Shown here: piece after piece, positions 12,717 through 26,000 of the stretch | Position numbering within the stretch: the stretch's first letter is position 1 | Layout of the letters: every line of letters starts with the position of its first letter | The notes under the pieces: generated by a model | Told to the model about the DNA's origin: nothing | What the model saw: only the letters and a program-made list of their open reading frames with translations | Databases searched by the model: none | Made by a program: the position numbers and the translations under genes | Source: Fimbriosthenelais zetlandica | Taxonomy: Eukaryota | DNA: 64,000 nt | NCBI GenBank assembly: GCA_977030845.1 | Contig: OZ365113.1 | Coordinates: forward strand, 39,556,001-39,620,000 | Direction: 5' to 3'

Positions 12717-13710
12717 TATAGAAGACATTATGTCTGTGCGTATTATAGAGGTTATAGCTATGTGATGGTTGAGGTGTATGGCACGTGGAGATCCTCTATG
12801 TGATAATCCCCGGACTTTATTTAATTAATGGGGGCCTGCTGCGCTGTATACATTACCCCCTCCTAGAGTGGCTCACAGGGGTTCAATGAGAACCATTAAC
12901 TCCTTCCCCTGATGCACCCACTCAGTCCCATGTAAACAACTTTCATCTGCTCTAGTGTTATTCTGATTGGCGATGTGATTTTTTTAAATAAAGCGCGCAA
13001 ATGATTAGCTATAGTTTCCCAAGTTCAGAAGTTCGTTCATAAAGTTGCTTTATGCATATTTGACAAAAATACTGACATCTCCTTCACCTAAGTGACATAG
13101 GCCTCAGGTGGGGAAATCGACACCAAAAGGCACCATTCAAATGATCAGTTTTTTAGCAAGCCCCCATTCGTAAACAATGAAATTAATACAGCATTTTGAA
13201 ATATTTTATATTAAGGATACTGATATATTTAAAAGTTTCATGGTAGTTGCGTGAAAATCCACTTATCTTGGAAGTACAATTCCAATCACCTCAACTGATG
13301 CTCTTTAGACAGCAGTTGCAGGTACACATCCAGCAGGTATGCTGTTAACTTTGATGGTGTGGAATGGACGCCACTTCACATAAACACGGTACCAAGAGAA
13401 TATTAGCTCGAGAGTACTTTCAAACCTGAAGCCATCCACACCTACAACAAAGCTTTCCGACTTCCTCAAGTAATTAATGAATACGCCTGCTTGTGTAATT
13501 ACCCCAGGAAACATTAGAGGAACCGATCGGGGGCTGGCATCAAAAATATTTACCGCGATGCCAGGAGCACGTGTTGTGGTGACGTCATGAGAAATGTGGT
13601 CGCTTTGGCGGTGGTAAAAGGGCGACGCTTGGAAGAGTGTAATGGGTAAATAGGAGGGCGGGGTATTGCTGTTTGATGTTGAGTCTGCTGAAATAGACTT
13701 GCTACACCCA

Positions 13711-13758
13711 ATCTATCCAGATTTACCGCATGGATCTATCCCGATTTACCGCATGGAT
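13711..13758. repeat. 23-bp tandem duplication ATCTATCC(A/C)GATTTACCGCATGG x2
   Basis: Two copies, one mismatch. Confidence 0.9.
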
Positions 13759-14147
13759 TTAGTCCTCAAATGTTTGCTATAAATGGCGGGATGAATCTAG
13801 ATCCTAACCCAAGCAAGGCCCAAATAGATTTTACGACACTCACATTTTGCGACACTCGCTGCAGAGTAGAATGACAGACTTTGTGGCTTCACATTGCCAT
13901 GAAATAAACCGCCTTAATACTTACCCTCAGTTTCATACCCTCAATTTCAATATAATATTAATTCAACGCTTAAATATACAAAAGCTTCTGCTTTCTTCAC
14001 ACATTAAATTTTATGAACACAATTTTGAACCTATTCAAAATTGGAATTGGAAGAGTATACACAAGTCTATTTCTATTTCTCAAATGTGGGAGCAGAATGC
14101 TCATGGTATCAAGGAAGCACGTGCCCCCATGTAATAGTCACAAGCTG

Positions 14148-14161
14148 TGGCCATCTGGTGG
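14148..14161 (-). promoter_or_regulatory. CTCF-like motif CCACCAGATGGCCA between paralogs A and B
   Basis: 13/14 match to CCASYAGRKGGCRS; motif match only, no binding data. Confidence 0.4.
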
Positions 14162-16918
14162 CGATCCGAAGCGTATCAAAATACTATCATCTGATATAAA
14201 TCTTCATTGGATCCCCGAATGAGGCGTGCCTCATTTCCCTAACTGTGGTAGGAATGGAAAGTGTTTGATTGCCTACACCTCCTCAGTTTCAAGACAATAA
14301 TAAATCAGAAATCAGGGAAGGGTTCTATAATATACTTTCGATTTGATAGCAGCCAGGATTCTTTCTTGGTCTTAAGTTGACAATTTAATACCCATGGCTC
14401 ACCAAACTTTTGGGACCAAAATTGAAAGTCACGACTGCTGGTTGGGGCTCCACTGTTGATTCCATCTGTAAAGGAAACTCGTGTGTTGTCATGGCGACAC
14501 ACATTAACCAGACTTATCACTGTCGAGAGACTCATAATTAAAACTGGACTTCCTCATTCCCAACTGATGGCACACAAAAAAGACCTACACAGACCTATCA
14601 ATGATGATGCTATTAGAGTCTCATGCCACGAGGTTTCCGATAGATACCACTCTTTGCAAATAAGAAAGTGAACATTGATAAATGAAACATTAGCTGCCAT
14701 GGATGTATACCTGTCCACAATAAGCTATTTAACCTTTGTCAGGAGTCTGTGCCGGTAACCGGTCATTAGGTCAGGTAATTATATCCCTCCGTCCTGAGCC
14801 GTCTATAGGATCTCATGCTGAAGGTGATCAATCAGTGTTCTTGATACAATCTTAATTACTATGCAGGTGTAATTGGTGGACCCCACTATAGGCTGAGTGA
14901 TCCTCAAATAGCAAACCCTTCATTCTGCCTGTCTCAGATATATATGAAAAATGACGTGCCAAGGTAGTCATTGACCATGCCATGTTTTTGTACAGGGATT
15001 TTTTGTGTGTAATACTTTAGAATTAAAAACCTTAATAATGAACAATATTTGTATTGGGGCGGGGACATAACTCTTAACAAACAGGAGTGTCTTTCGAACT
15101 CACCTGAGAAAGAATGCTAAAAGCTGTGAGATCTGCCAGGAAATTGAGCGAACAATATCCTCCCTGTCAGGTCCACATAGCCTCCAGGCCTAACATGGGT
15201 GTCATCCATAGACGGGGAACAAGTCTTTATTATTTTATGAATATGATAAAACTCAAACACCCCCGCTTGAGGCTGATTAAGTTTAACCTTCAACCGCAAG
15301 AGTTGTCATGTTTCCTGACCAGCACGAGACTTGAGGGGCCACGCGCACAGACCTGCCCGTGTTCCTCATGCTATTTCCGCTTCCGGTTAGTACCGCGGTC
15401 GTCCGCCAGGGCAGGTGAGAGAGTGCCTGGAGGTGACGGGCAATGTCGGTGGGGTGGTATGCAGCAATTGACATATATGCTGTAATTTTGATATTTTCAC
15501 GTAGGGTTATTTTTAAAGACCATAATTTGTTGTATCATTTTATTTGTATACATGCACAAACTAAAACGAAGAAGATTGTAATGTGGTCTTTCGAAGCCAA
15601 TTGAATGAAGACTACATGTAGGCCTACCATAAAAATATAAGTATTGCATTAAAATAGGTAAATGGCTAGGTATATACCTCTATACTGTATAGACCTGTAT
15701 CACGAGACAGGTGACGCAATGCCAACTCAGACCATACCATCTCCTTCCCATGAGAAAAATCCTGCAAGGGAATCAGGGAATCTTCTTCCGACAGTAACTT
15801 TTTACACAATGCCCTTAAGAGTTTCTTGTTTCGGAAATCAGTGAAAAAAGTATAAATTTTAAGACACGATTTTATTATTCTCCCTTGTTTTAAAACGACC
15901 TCAACTAGTATAACAGACTATTTCAATTCAGAAGGATGGAAAAACCTATATGCAAAAGAAAGCAAGGCAAAAGTGGGTGATGCACGTGCATCCTCCTAAC
16001 AACCCTAGAAAAAACTCTGAGGGAAGTGTCTATGGATCTCCATTGTCAACATTTGAACTAAGCTGGGTGGAGAAGTACTATATCGGCATGGACACTTTTG
16101 ACAAATGTTCCTGGCGGCTAACTTCATCTGTCAAAATATACAGGTTAATCGCTTTACAATATTTATGTTCTTCCTTTTACTTTTCCATAAGTGAGTTTCC
16201 AGTCATCTAACATGTCACTGAGCCTCGCCTTCATCTTGCTTAGTGTTTACTACCCTTAAAGTCACAACTCAAGGGGGACGTCTCATGGAAAATAACAACA
16301 CTTGGCAGTTATTTGGGTTGAGAGATATCTCAGCAGGTATGTTTATGTCTGGTAGGCATGCTGCATTTTGAGACATGCCCCGGACTTGTACACGCAGCAG
16401 GGACTGTTTGGCGTCGCCACGTTTTCCCTCTTGAGAAAGGGCACCCTGGAATGAATACACGTGTCCAACAGAAACAATACTCATGAAGCCAAGAGAAAAT
16501 TAGATCTTAGTATTGTACATTCATTCCGTTACCCCTTCCGATGATAAGCATCGATGACGTGGCTCTATACATTTAAAAGTGTATTTCAGAGATGACCTTA
16601 GATACATTTAAAAGAAAAATCCTAATCTAAGCCCCATCCCACCACTCCAGCACCCCACCGCATCCCCGCCCAGCACCCCACTCGCCCGCCCGTGCCCCTC
16701 TTCCTGGACCTGCTGCACTTGTGCTTGGTTGCTTCACGGCCTCCTCCAGTGTGGTTGAGCAGCGCCCGCCTGGATGGACGCTGGCTGGAGACAGGAGGCA
16801 GCAGCTGGAGGGGGATGCTGCACTTCAAAGGCGGCCGCTCAGTCACACTTGTGGGAACTTAATCACGGCTACTGGCCCCAGATTAACCTCCCATCTTAAG
16901 TTAAAGAAACTACCCCAT

Positions 16919-17030
16919 CATCCAGCGTGCCCCCAGCCCCCATCCAGCGTGCCCCCAGCCCCCATCCAGCGTGCCCCCAGCCCCCATCCAGCGTGCCCCC
17001 AGCCCCCATCCAGCGTGCCCCCAGCCCCCA
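16919..17030. repeat. 22-bp C-rich minisatellite CATCCAGCGTGCCCCCAGCCCC x5
   Basis: Five exact copies; the minus strand carries ten G5 runs. Confidence 0.95.
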
Positions 17031-19401
17031 CCCACCAAGTTAAAGACGGTTTGTTTTTGAACATTCTATGGCGTGCATGCTTGGTGTTCTCATTTCAAAG
17101 CAGGAAAAACACATGTATGATATGGCCGCTATTTGCTCTGACCCAAAGAGATGGCGAAATATCTCCTCCTTCGCTTGGTAGGCTATGGACCTACAATTGA
17201 GAAACGTGTAAATATGGCGATTAAAACAAATATTATGTTTATTTTCACGATGAAGGTTGTCTGCCACGTTATGATTTCTAAAAGATTAAGATAAAATTTC
17301 TATTATATTTAATACATTCTAATGGCACATCACTATATTCCTACCTTGTTTGATAAGTCAGTGGATATATAGGATTGTCAGGACCAAAAAAAATGATGCT
17401 ACTTCTGAAGGAGCTCCTCTTAACAGCTTATACATTGTCAAGTCAGTATATACATCCATGCATGTCTAGCGTTTATGTAACTTATATCTGACATGTTTAC
17501 ATGTCAACAATCCCTGTGCCAAAAGTGTTTGCTTTCAAAAGGCACACGTGTCGAGTGGGAGTGAGTCAGACAGCATCATGCTAGGATCACCGTGTTTAAG
17601 TGGGGATCATCCCGATGGCTATAGGTACACTGGCCACATAGTCATAATCTTGTTATATATACCACCAACAACAGTATCTATGAAGCATTTAGACCCATTT
17701 ATATTTGGCCAGTGTTTAACATGTGATCAATTATTATGCATTCGACTAAAATGAATCCTAAATATGTTAAGTGCAGTTTTTACAGCTCTGAACACTAGAC
17801 TTCTTTATTTTGATTAAAATAGGAAATATGGTTACTCTGTCATATAGATGTATACTTGTCGGACCATGTGTTCACTGGTTCATGTTCACACATCTCATAC
17901 ATTGTATTTTGACAGGCTATACATACAACCAACGAGCTTCATTCTATACTCGTTGATCCGGCTATCTATAGGTTCTATCAGAGAGACTACACCATAGTAG
18001 TCTCTCTGGTACTATCTTTCTTGGCTATTTTCTTGATCCAAACCAAGTTCAGCCCTTCAATATACATTAGTACACTTTAATGAATACTGCCTACATTTTA
18101 TCTACCCAGAAAATATACTGTTCTTCCACGTCGATGAAAATAGTAATGGTAACTGAATTCAGGGCCTCATATCAGGAGTTTGAAGTTTGATGCTTATGAT
18201 TTTCATTGCTGATTGAAGACATTGTCTCACGCTAGAGTGATCGTACCAATTTTACAATAGCTTTCTTCATGTTATATTTATGTGTACCGCTAAATAAGCA
18301 ACATTAAGGAATACATCAAGAGAAATCTTCTTTTCTTTGAAGAAATTCTGATGTAAATTATGAAGATATTTGTTCAGCTGAGCACTCGGGAGTCTGGTCT
18401 CCAATTATGCGTGAAATTCCCGACCACTGCACTGGAATTCGCTACACAAAGAAAACAAAACAAGAATCTTGTTCCGGGGGTGTCAAATCGTTTAATCTCC
18501 CCAACCATTATGTTCCCCACTAAAGGTATGAATGCAGATTTGGAGAATTGCGAGGCTTAGTGCCAAAAGGGGAGGTTTTAAGGGAAGGCTTGATGGGGGA
18601 CCTTTTTTTGAGGTTGGTTGGAAAGTTCATCAAGGTTTTGGTTTGTCATTGACGAGGAGCTTTGGTACCTGCCCGGGACAGCATGCTTCTTGCACAAGAA
18701 AGTGACTGGTAGCTTTGCACTATTGCAATCAAAGTCCAGATACCGCCATTGCTGCAAGCAGCGAGACCCTTTGCGAGTAAACCAAGCAGAAAACTGCATC
18801 TACCTGCCAGGAATTGCCGATCGATTACTTCTGCGAGTTAAAATCACTTTCAAGCTCTCACGCCATGAACAATGTTACCGCTACACCTGCTCCCGATTGA
18901 AACATCTCTCACCAGGTAAGCTAAGTATGATTGAGTCTTATCATTTATCTAGCTAGAGAGCTCTTTATAGTCAGAGGTCTTACGGTAAAAATACTATGCT
19001 TCTTTTTCCCCGGGTATCTACACCTACATAAGTAAACACCCAACAAGTGGTTTGCACCTCTTGGGTATAGAAATACCTCAGGTGAGGAGCGGATTGGGGC
19101 GGGCTATAATAGGTGTGAAAAGGGCCCTTGTATCGCATCGAGGTCATTATGGTATTAAATGTATTGTGGTGAAGAATATGGTTCTTTTTATACCAAGGCA
19201 GATAAAGCACATCAAATATGGTTATCCCTTACGGAAGAATAGCCTAGCATAAATTGGTTGGAAGACATTATCTCGAGAGAGGATTAGGATGGAGGTATAA
19301 TTGCCATATCAGCATACATAAAATAGCTTTACTTTTCATGCATGTGTAGGAAGGACACTTAAAAAACGTTTTTTTATAATTCAAAACTCATAGCAGAAAG
19401 G

Positions 19402-19407
19402 TTTATT
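19402..19407 (-). terminator. Candidate polyadenylation signal of paralog B
   Basis: AATAAA on the minus strand about 470 nt after the stop. Confidence 0.35.
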
Positions 19408-19875
19408 TATGTTCAACAGATATAAAAGTATTAAAACGGCCCATAAATTCCAATTAAATATACGTTAAAATCTGATCATGTATAGGACAAGGTCATTGGT
19501 TCTATCGGCTACAAATCAAGTGTATATATATATGGTCCCATTCCAAAAATACAAAACACGCCAAGCGTACAGCATACAATCTTATTGCAGCAAACCTAAT
19601 TTTCCAGATGGGAATAGCAAAGAAAAACACAGGCAATCTAAACATTGGTAATATACACGTGTACTATATATTTAGAGAAGCAGATCAGGTTGATAATAGC
19701 ATAGTGAAATATCAGGATTTCAGAATTACTTGTATTATCCATTAGTTCAAGGGTTCAGCACCGGGATTTTCAAAGTCAGCTTTTGTAGCTGTACCGCATA
19801 CTATGTGCCATTAAATACACATAATTTTATAGAAATAAAATACACATAATTATTTTATAGAAATTCATATAATTC

Positions 19876-21982
19876 TTAAACCGATACACCCGGACAACCC
19901 CCATCCTGGTGTTTAAGTAGTAACGACATCCGAGAAAATGTTTTTGAACAGTTTCTGCAGTTGTACTTCTTAATGTCTGTGTGTGTCTGGAGGTGGGCCC
20001 TCAGGTTGGACCTGTCAGCAAATGACCTTCCACAGTGACTACACTGGAAGGGCTTTTCACCTGTATGTGTTCTCACGTGACCCTGGAGGAGCCAGGGCCT
20101 GGAGAAGGCCTTACCACACAGGTGACACTTACAGGGCAGGGTGTGGGTGCGGATGTGCATCTTCAAAGCTCCCAAACTCACGTAATTCTTCTCACAGAAT
20201 TTACAACTGAACTGTTTCTTTATTTGGGAGACACAATGAAACTGTTTGTGTTTGGAAAGTCCACTGAATGTGGCATAACTCTTGTTGCATGCCTCGCATT
20301 GGTATCTGGGTGGGTTCATCGTCCTTCTCGGAGGCTGTTCTTGGCTGAAGTCGATGCCTAGGAAAGTCACTGGTGCACGACTGCGATCTTCACCCCCAGT
20401 CTGTCCTGAATTGTTGCTCCAAGGTCTGCATAGGGATTTCTCCTCTCCCGACTTCACTTCCTTCTTCATTTGTGTGTTTTTCTCCCCATTGACTCCAAGC
20501 TGACCAAAGCCATTCATACCTTTACATTTTTGTGAAGGATCCACATTTGACATCAGTTTACTGATGCTAAACATACCTCCACTTTGGGTATTTGAACCAA
20601 TGTTTGGGCTAAACAGTGCCTTTGGGTTGCCTTGGGTCTTTTGGTTCATCAGGACAACATTTGAATGAGTCTGTTCCGCTGGAGAGGCATTTCTCCATAG
20701 AGCTGATTTGGTCGGGATTCCATTTATAGAGGCATGGGGAGAAGAAAACAAGGTTGATCTTCCACCATGGAAAATATCCACCATTGCAGGATGGGCAGGA
20801 ATAGGTCTAAACACCTGTGGTTTGTGGGGAATAACAGGTCCCCATTTTCCAATGGAATGAGGAGCTTTAATTGGACTTGTCCCAGCTCCTAAAGGACAAC
20901 ACCGACCACCGTGACTGTGGTAGCCATTAAGTTCCTCACCCACTCCGCTGTATGTCGTAGATAACATTGGGTTACTACACAGAGAATCCATTAGCAGTGG
21001 GCTTTGTTGCTGCTGTTGGAAATTAAAACCAAACCTTAATGCATCTTTGGGTATTTCTCCAAACCCAGATGACCTTTTCACGTCACTGATTGTTGGCTGA
21101 ATCCCTAAGAGTGTGGGTTCTCTTCCATTAAAACTTCTCATGCCCGTTGTTCCCCAGGACACGCTGGAGACTGGTTGATCCGTACTGGTCGGCCCTGGAG
21201 GGACACACGGCCTCGGTAAACCGAGAGCGCCGGGAGGAGGGGCCTTGGGATCCGGGAAAGCTGCTTGTGGTGGTGGTGGTGGTGGTGAAGGCGGGGAGGG
21301 AGGAGAAGCGATGGTAGCACCGGTACTACCAACAGGTGTGGCAGGTCTCTGGGGGATACTGGTACCCCGAGCAGGCAGATGTAGGTTACTGGGTTTATTC
21401 TGTGGCCCTTCTTCCTTCTCCTCCTTCATTTGTTGTCCTTGAGCTGAAACAAAAAATGCAATAAATGTATCTTACAAATCCAAGTGGATCACTAAGCTCT
21501 TTTACCTTTTGTTATGGAAGAAAAAATCGCTACTTTAATCATGTTGATTTTCTGGCCTAAAATTATTTGCACAAGCAGGCCTGACAAAACCTCCTCCATT
21601 ATAAGAGACCAATTAAGGTCTTTTTTTAACTTAACTTAGGTGTGCATGTACCCATTTCTAATTCGTGAAAATAATTAATTTTAAGACTGTCATTGAAATC
21701 TAAGATATTTTTTCAACAAATTTAAATAAAGAACTTACTTTGGGTTATACACTGATGGCTCAGTTCCTTCATGATGGCAACATTTCTAGCATTTTCACAC
21801 TCAAGGGTAATCAACGTGGGGACCGAGATTTCTTTTATTCCACTGTCTCCTCCTCCTCTGCCAGTATTTTGTTCTTCTCCAGGCTGCGACCCAACACTTT
21901 CCCCTGATGGTGTCACTGCTCCACCCCCGGAGATGCTGTTACTGCACTTCACCTTGTTCTTGATCAAAAAAGCTCGCGGCAT
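19876..21982 (-). CDS. snail: Snail-family zinc-finger transcriptional repressor, paralog B; complement(join(19876..21443,21739..21982)), 603 aa
   Basis: ATG at 21982 encodes SNAG-like MPRAFLIKN. Donor CAAA|GTAAGT (intron from 21738). Acceptor TTTTTTGTTTCAG| ending at 21444. The phase-1 junction gives ACT, then QGQQMKEE, in frame with ORF 19876..21429. 244+1568=1812 nt. Five Snail-type fingers at 19894..20304. Confidence 0.95.
19894..20304 (-). other. Five-finger Snail zinc-finger array of paralog B
   Basis: [24 protein letters not shown] ... [15 protein letters not shown]. Confidence 0.95.
21444..21738 (-). other. Phase-1 GT-AG intron of paralog B (295 bp)
   Basis: GTAAGT donor, T-rich/CAG acceptor, in-frame junction. 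Confidence 0.9.
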
Positions 21983-22629
21983 TTTTATCTAGACTCTCTC
22001 CACTGGTAAATAGAATGACAAAAGTCTATACTGGCAAATACCAACTGCAACAGTAACAACTGGTCGAGTCGTTGATGATGAGCTCCGTGCAGGTGTCTAA
22101 CAAAGTTTTTGGAGTGTTTCTGACTCCTATCAGGTGGTTTTCCATCTAATCCCTTGCGTCGTGATATACAAATAATGTTAGGAATCCTCTGCACAAGTCT
22201 TTTGTCCATATCTTATAAAATCCGAGTCATTTGATATTGATATCAATTGATATGGATACAATTTAAAAAACACATAAATATTCTGCTGACAATAATCCGA
22301 TCGAAATTATTTGATGCTTCTAGATGAATGGTTTCATGCCCTTTTCTTAAATGACGTTTGATATGATTCAATTTCCGATAATTAATAATATCATGAATGA
22401 GTGATAAAAGTTAGTAGTAGCGCAGTGTAGATGACCTATTTACACTGGATCCTGATAAGCAGTTCAAGCAGTGTTGAAAGTATTGAATCAATGCTGACAT
22501 TTCCCGAGCAGCTCCCACTTAAAGTCCCTGAGACTGAGCAACTCAATGAGCTACTTGATATGGTAATGAAGCCTGACTGAAGTTAAGCGAGCATGATATG
22601 TATATGACAGCAGAATGGGTGAAGAAGTA

Positions 22630-23060
22630 TCAGATCACCCCCTGGTGAGCTAAGGGGTATATACACCTCTAGCTCCCCTCCAGCTCTCAACCCTGGAGAG
22701 ATAGACACTCACACACACACCTCTCACCACAAAACCTCAGAAGAAAGCATCCCCTTGAACAGGCGCAGGTGTATGCCAATGAACAGCTACACTGACTCCC
22801 AACACCCCAACACACAGGTCAATATTCTTACATACATACTCACATCACCTGTGGGGGATAAGTCAAGAGCTTCAGTATATAGAATGTACTTTGTCCACAA
22901 ATCAATCCACCAATCCACACACTTAGATCTGTGCTTTGCCCCGCCCCCTAAACCATGCCCACAGCCACTCATTTTTGCTCGGAGCAGCTCTCCCCCTAAA
23001 CCCTCTGCCCTCCTCATCTTTTGAAGCCCTCACATTGCTGTCTCGACCAGAGCAGGTGCA
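22630..23060 (-). promoter_or_regulatory. Candidate promoter/proximal regulatory region of paralog B
   Basis: C-rich block with TATATA near 22658, GC box CCCCGCCCCC near 22939, CCAAT-like motifs and three E-boxes (22766, 22846, 23053). An alternative TATAAGA lies at 22211..22217, so the TSS is ambiguous. Confidence 0.35.
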
Positions 23061-26000
23061 TTGGCAAAAGATGGTCGTGTTTACGTTCACCCCCGACATC
23101 GCCAGAACAGACACCTCTCTGAAGTTTCACCGAAGCTAATTACTTTTTGGCAAAGGCCACCGAATACAGCCTCGGTCGCCTTGTTCCCTTCAAAATTTCT
23201 CCTCCATGGATACTGCTACATGTGCGGTGATAGATATTAAAAAACGACAGGCAGGGCATCGTTGACATGCTTTTACACAGTCAGGACCAAACGCTACGAC
23301 CTTAACATGTGAACATCTCTAAAAGATCGCTGCCACAAATGTTTTTTACGGTGGCAAGGATTGCATAGTTTATTACCTTGGGATTCGTGTACGTGTATAT
23401 ATTATGAGTCATTCATGACACAAAATTAGTATTTTGACTTGTGTCTGTCTCAGGAGCCCTGGTACGATTTTTGTTATGTCACCTGGGGACTATTAATCGT
23501 CCATGTGCACGTTGCGGATATTGGAAGAATTCCAGGTTACAAAACACCATTTCAAGTCCATTAAGGGCAGGGATGTAGGAGCACGCGGATGTTTAAGCAT
23601 AATGATATTCTCATATAAATATAAATATATCTGTATACGGACTTCAATATTCTGCAGATATATATATTTGATATTTGAAAATATGTAGTATAATGCATGT
23701 CTCTTAATTTTTGAGAATACCAAATTGCGATAAAAAATACTTTCTAGAATTTACAGCTCGACGTACGACTTTCATGAAATTGCAAACAAACGACTTAAGA
23801 TGTAATTTCCTTTTATTTGATAATGAAAAATTGGCATTTCTTTATAAATCTGATTGCATAATTGAGAAATATTGAAAAGTATTTGGAATTTGTAGATTCC
23901 TTTTGCATTTATTTTATACGTATATATGTAGGGCGACAACTCTTTAGGATTTCTGATCTTTCTTCAACAATGTCACTCTCTGAGTCTTCACAACCATTGC
24001 AATCTGATACACCCACAACCTTGTCTATATTTACAGGAAACCTCTACAACAATCTTCTCCATCCGCCACCCATAAAAACTCATGAGAATTACCACCCGAC
24101 TATTTATAATTAGTAGCTTGGCTAGAGCCCACAGCCAGCGGACCAGTGACTAGTCAGATATATAAGGCTGGTGGGGATTACTTAACATATATATTTCTTT
24201 CATATTTCCGGATAGATAAATGTCATTGTGATCATAGGATAGGACAACTTTTTAATCCAATCTAATCCGTTCTGAACATCCCTAATTTTATCCATTTCTG
24301 TATTGGAACCTGATGTTCATTCCCCTCCCCCCCCATCTTTTTCATGAAAAAATGTGTCAATTCCCTTAGCCAAAAAGGGACAACCAATACATCTACCGAT
24401 TATATTTTAGTATCAAACCCAGTTGACTTTTCCATTAGTACTTCCATTGCCTTTCCCTCACTTGCCTGAGGACAGCCATGCCCGAGGCTCCTCTGGACTG
24501 ATCTCCTGGCAGCTGAGTACTAGATGCACCGGTAGTGATAAAGACAATACCTCAAAATACCCACCACCTGCTGGACCTGCTCTAGCCCCTTCCCCTTCTC
24601 TCCCACCTCATCACTCCCTATAACTCTCATCCTCTCTTTTCTCCCCAACCACTACAGCATATCAACATTTATCATCTTTGCCATCTTTATTGCTTTTGAC
24701 GGAATTGCTTTAATTTTTAGCTTTTCATTTGATATCCTTACTCTGCTCTCTCTTCCTCTTCTGCTCATAATGACTCAGAGTCGTGCTGCTCACATTGTTC
24801 TATACCCGTCCCGTCTCCTGCTCCCCTCCCCACTCCACCTCGCTTGTTTTACCTGCCATGGAGCGACCAGCCTGTGGCATGGTTTGGTGGAGGAGGGGTA
24901 TAGTGGAGGAGCAGCAGGTCCAGCTGGCAGGTATCAAGGTGTGCTGCTTCCTCCACCAGTCACTGCTACAGGCCGTGTAGAATGTGATAAGGTGCAGGAG
25001 TCGTGTCTGTACTCCCTCAGATGGCCGGGGATAGGTGAGGGTGCAATGGCGGTGAAAGCAGGGTTGATGAGCCATTTAACTTTGAGTCAGTGCCAAAAAA
25101 ACAACTCATGAACCTGTTTAAGTTTTTACAGCGATGGCATGAAATTCGTTTGGGCGGCCTTTGTCCGGAAAGGGGATGTTTTTATTCGTGGCTTTTCCAA
25201 GTCCTAAAGGCAGGGATTAGTCATGGCGATAGTGAAAATGTTCAGGGAACTTGCAGGAGAGAGAATATGTGTAGAAAAGTCCCAAGGCAAATATAGTTCC
25301 ATCAGAGCGAGGTAGCCTACCCATCCATTATGTTACCAAATGCCGTATTGACAGCAATGTTACATATATAACTTCTGAATGGCAGCTTTAATTAGTATGT
25401 TTCAATGTACCTGTCTACACCAATGGCGTCCTGTTTGTGGTAAGTGGGGGTTTCCTGTGGATTCTACACTGAAGCAGATGTAATACATATCTGTAGGAAG
25501 GCCTTGATTAGCATATACCTGCACGTCAACATGTGGATGTCGGCATACATAAAAGACCAAATCTGCATAATCTTATTACACCTGAAATCCCGCTTCTTCT
25601 CATCTCTCCCGCCTACAGGCATGCCAAAACAAAGAATCTATACTGATTAACGGCTCTCATAATAGTTGATTAATTGCTACCTCCGGTTTCAATGTGGGTA
25701 GGAATAAAGGAAGGCCGATGGAAGCTGGGCTAGCAGTATGGAAATGAGAATTTCCCCCTCTCCCTTCCGTCCCGCTATATCAAAGCTATAGGTGCGGTGT
25801 GGGGAAGGTTTAAGACAGGTGTACTATTGGGCTGGTCTGATTATGTGGGTTTTTAATGCCCGCTCGCGATGTGGAAATCGCATATAAAACAGTTAGAACG
25901 GGAATTACAACAAAAAGTACCTCAATGACCCGCATCAATGGAATAATGACATGCTTAAATCGGGTGCTTTCCTCCCCTTCAAAGATGATTGAGTTACAAT

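Noticed and set aside
16721-17200. 159-aa plus-strand Pro-rich ORF
   Set aside because: Runs through the 22-bp C-rich minisatellite.
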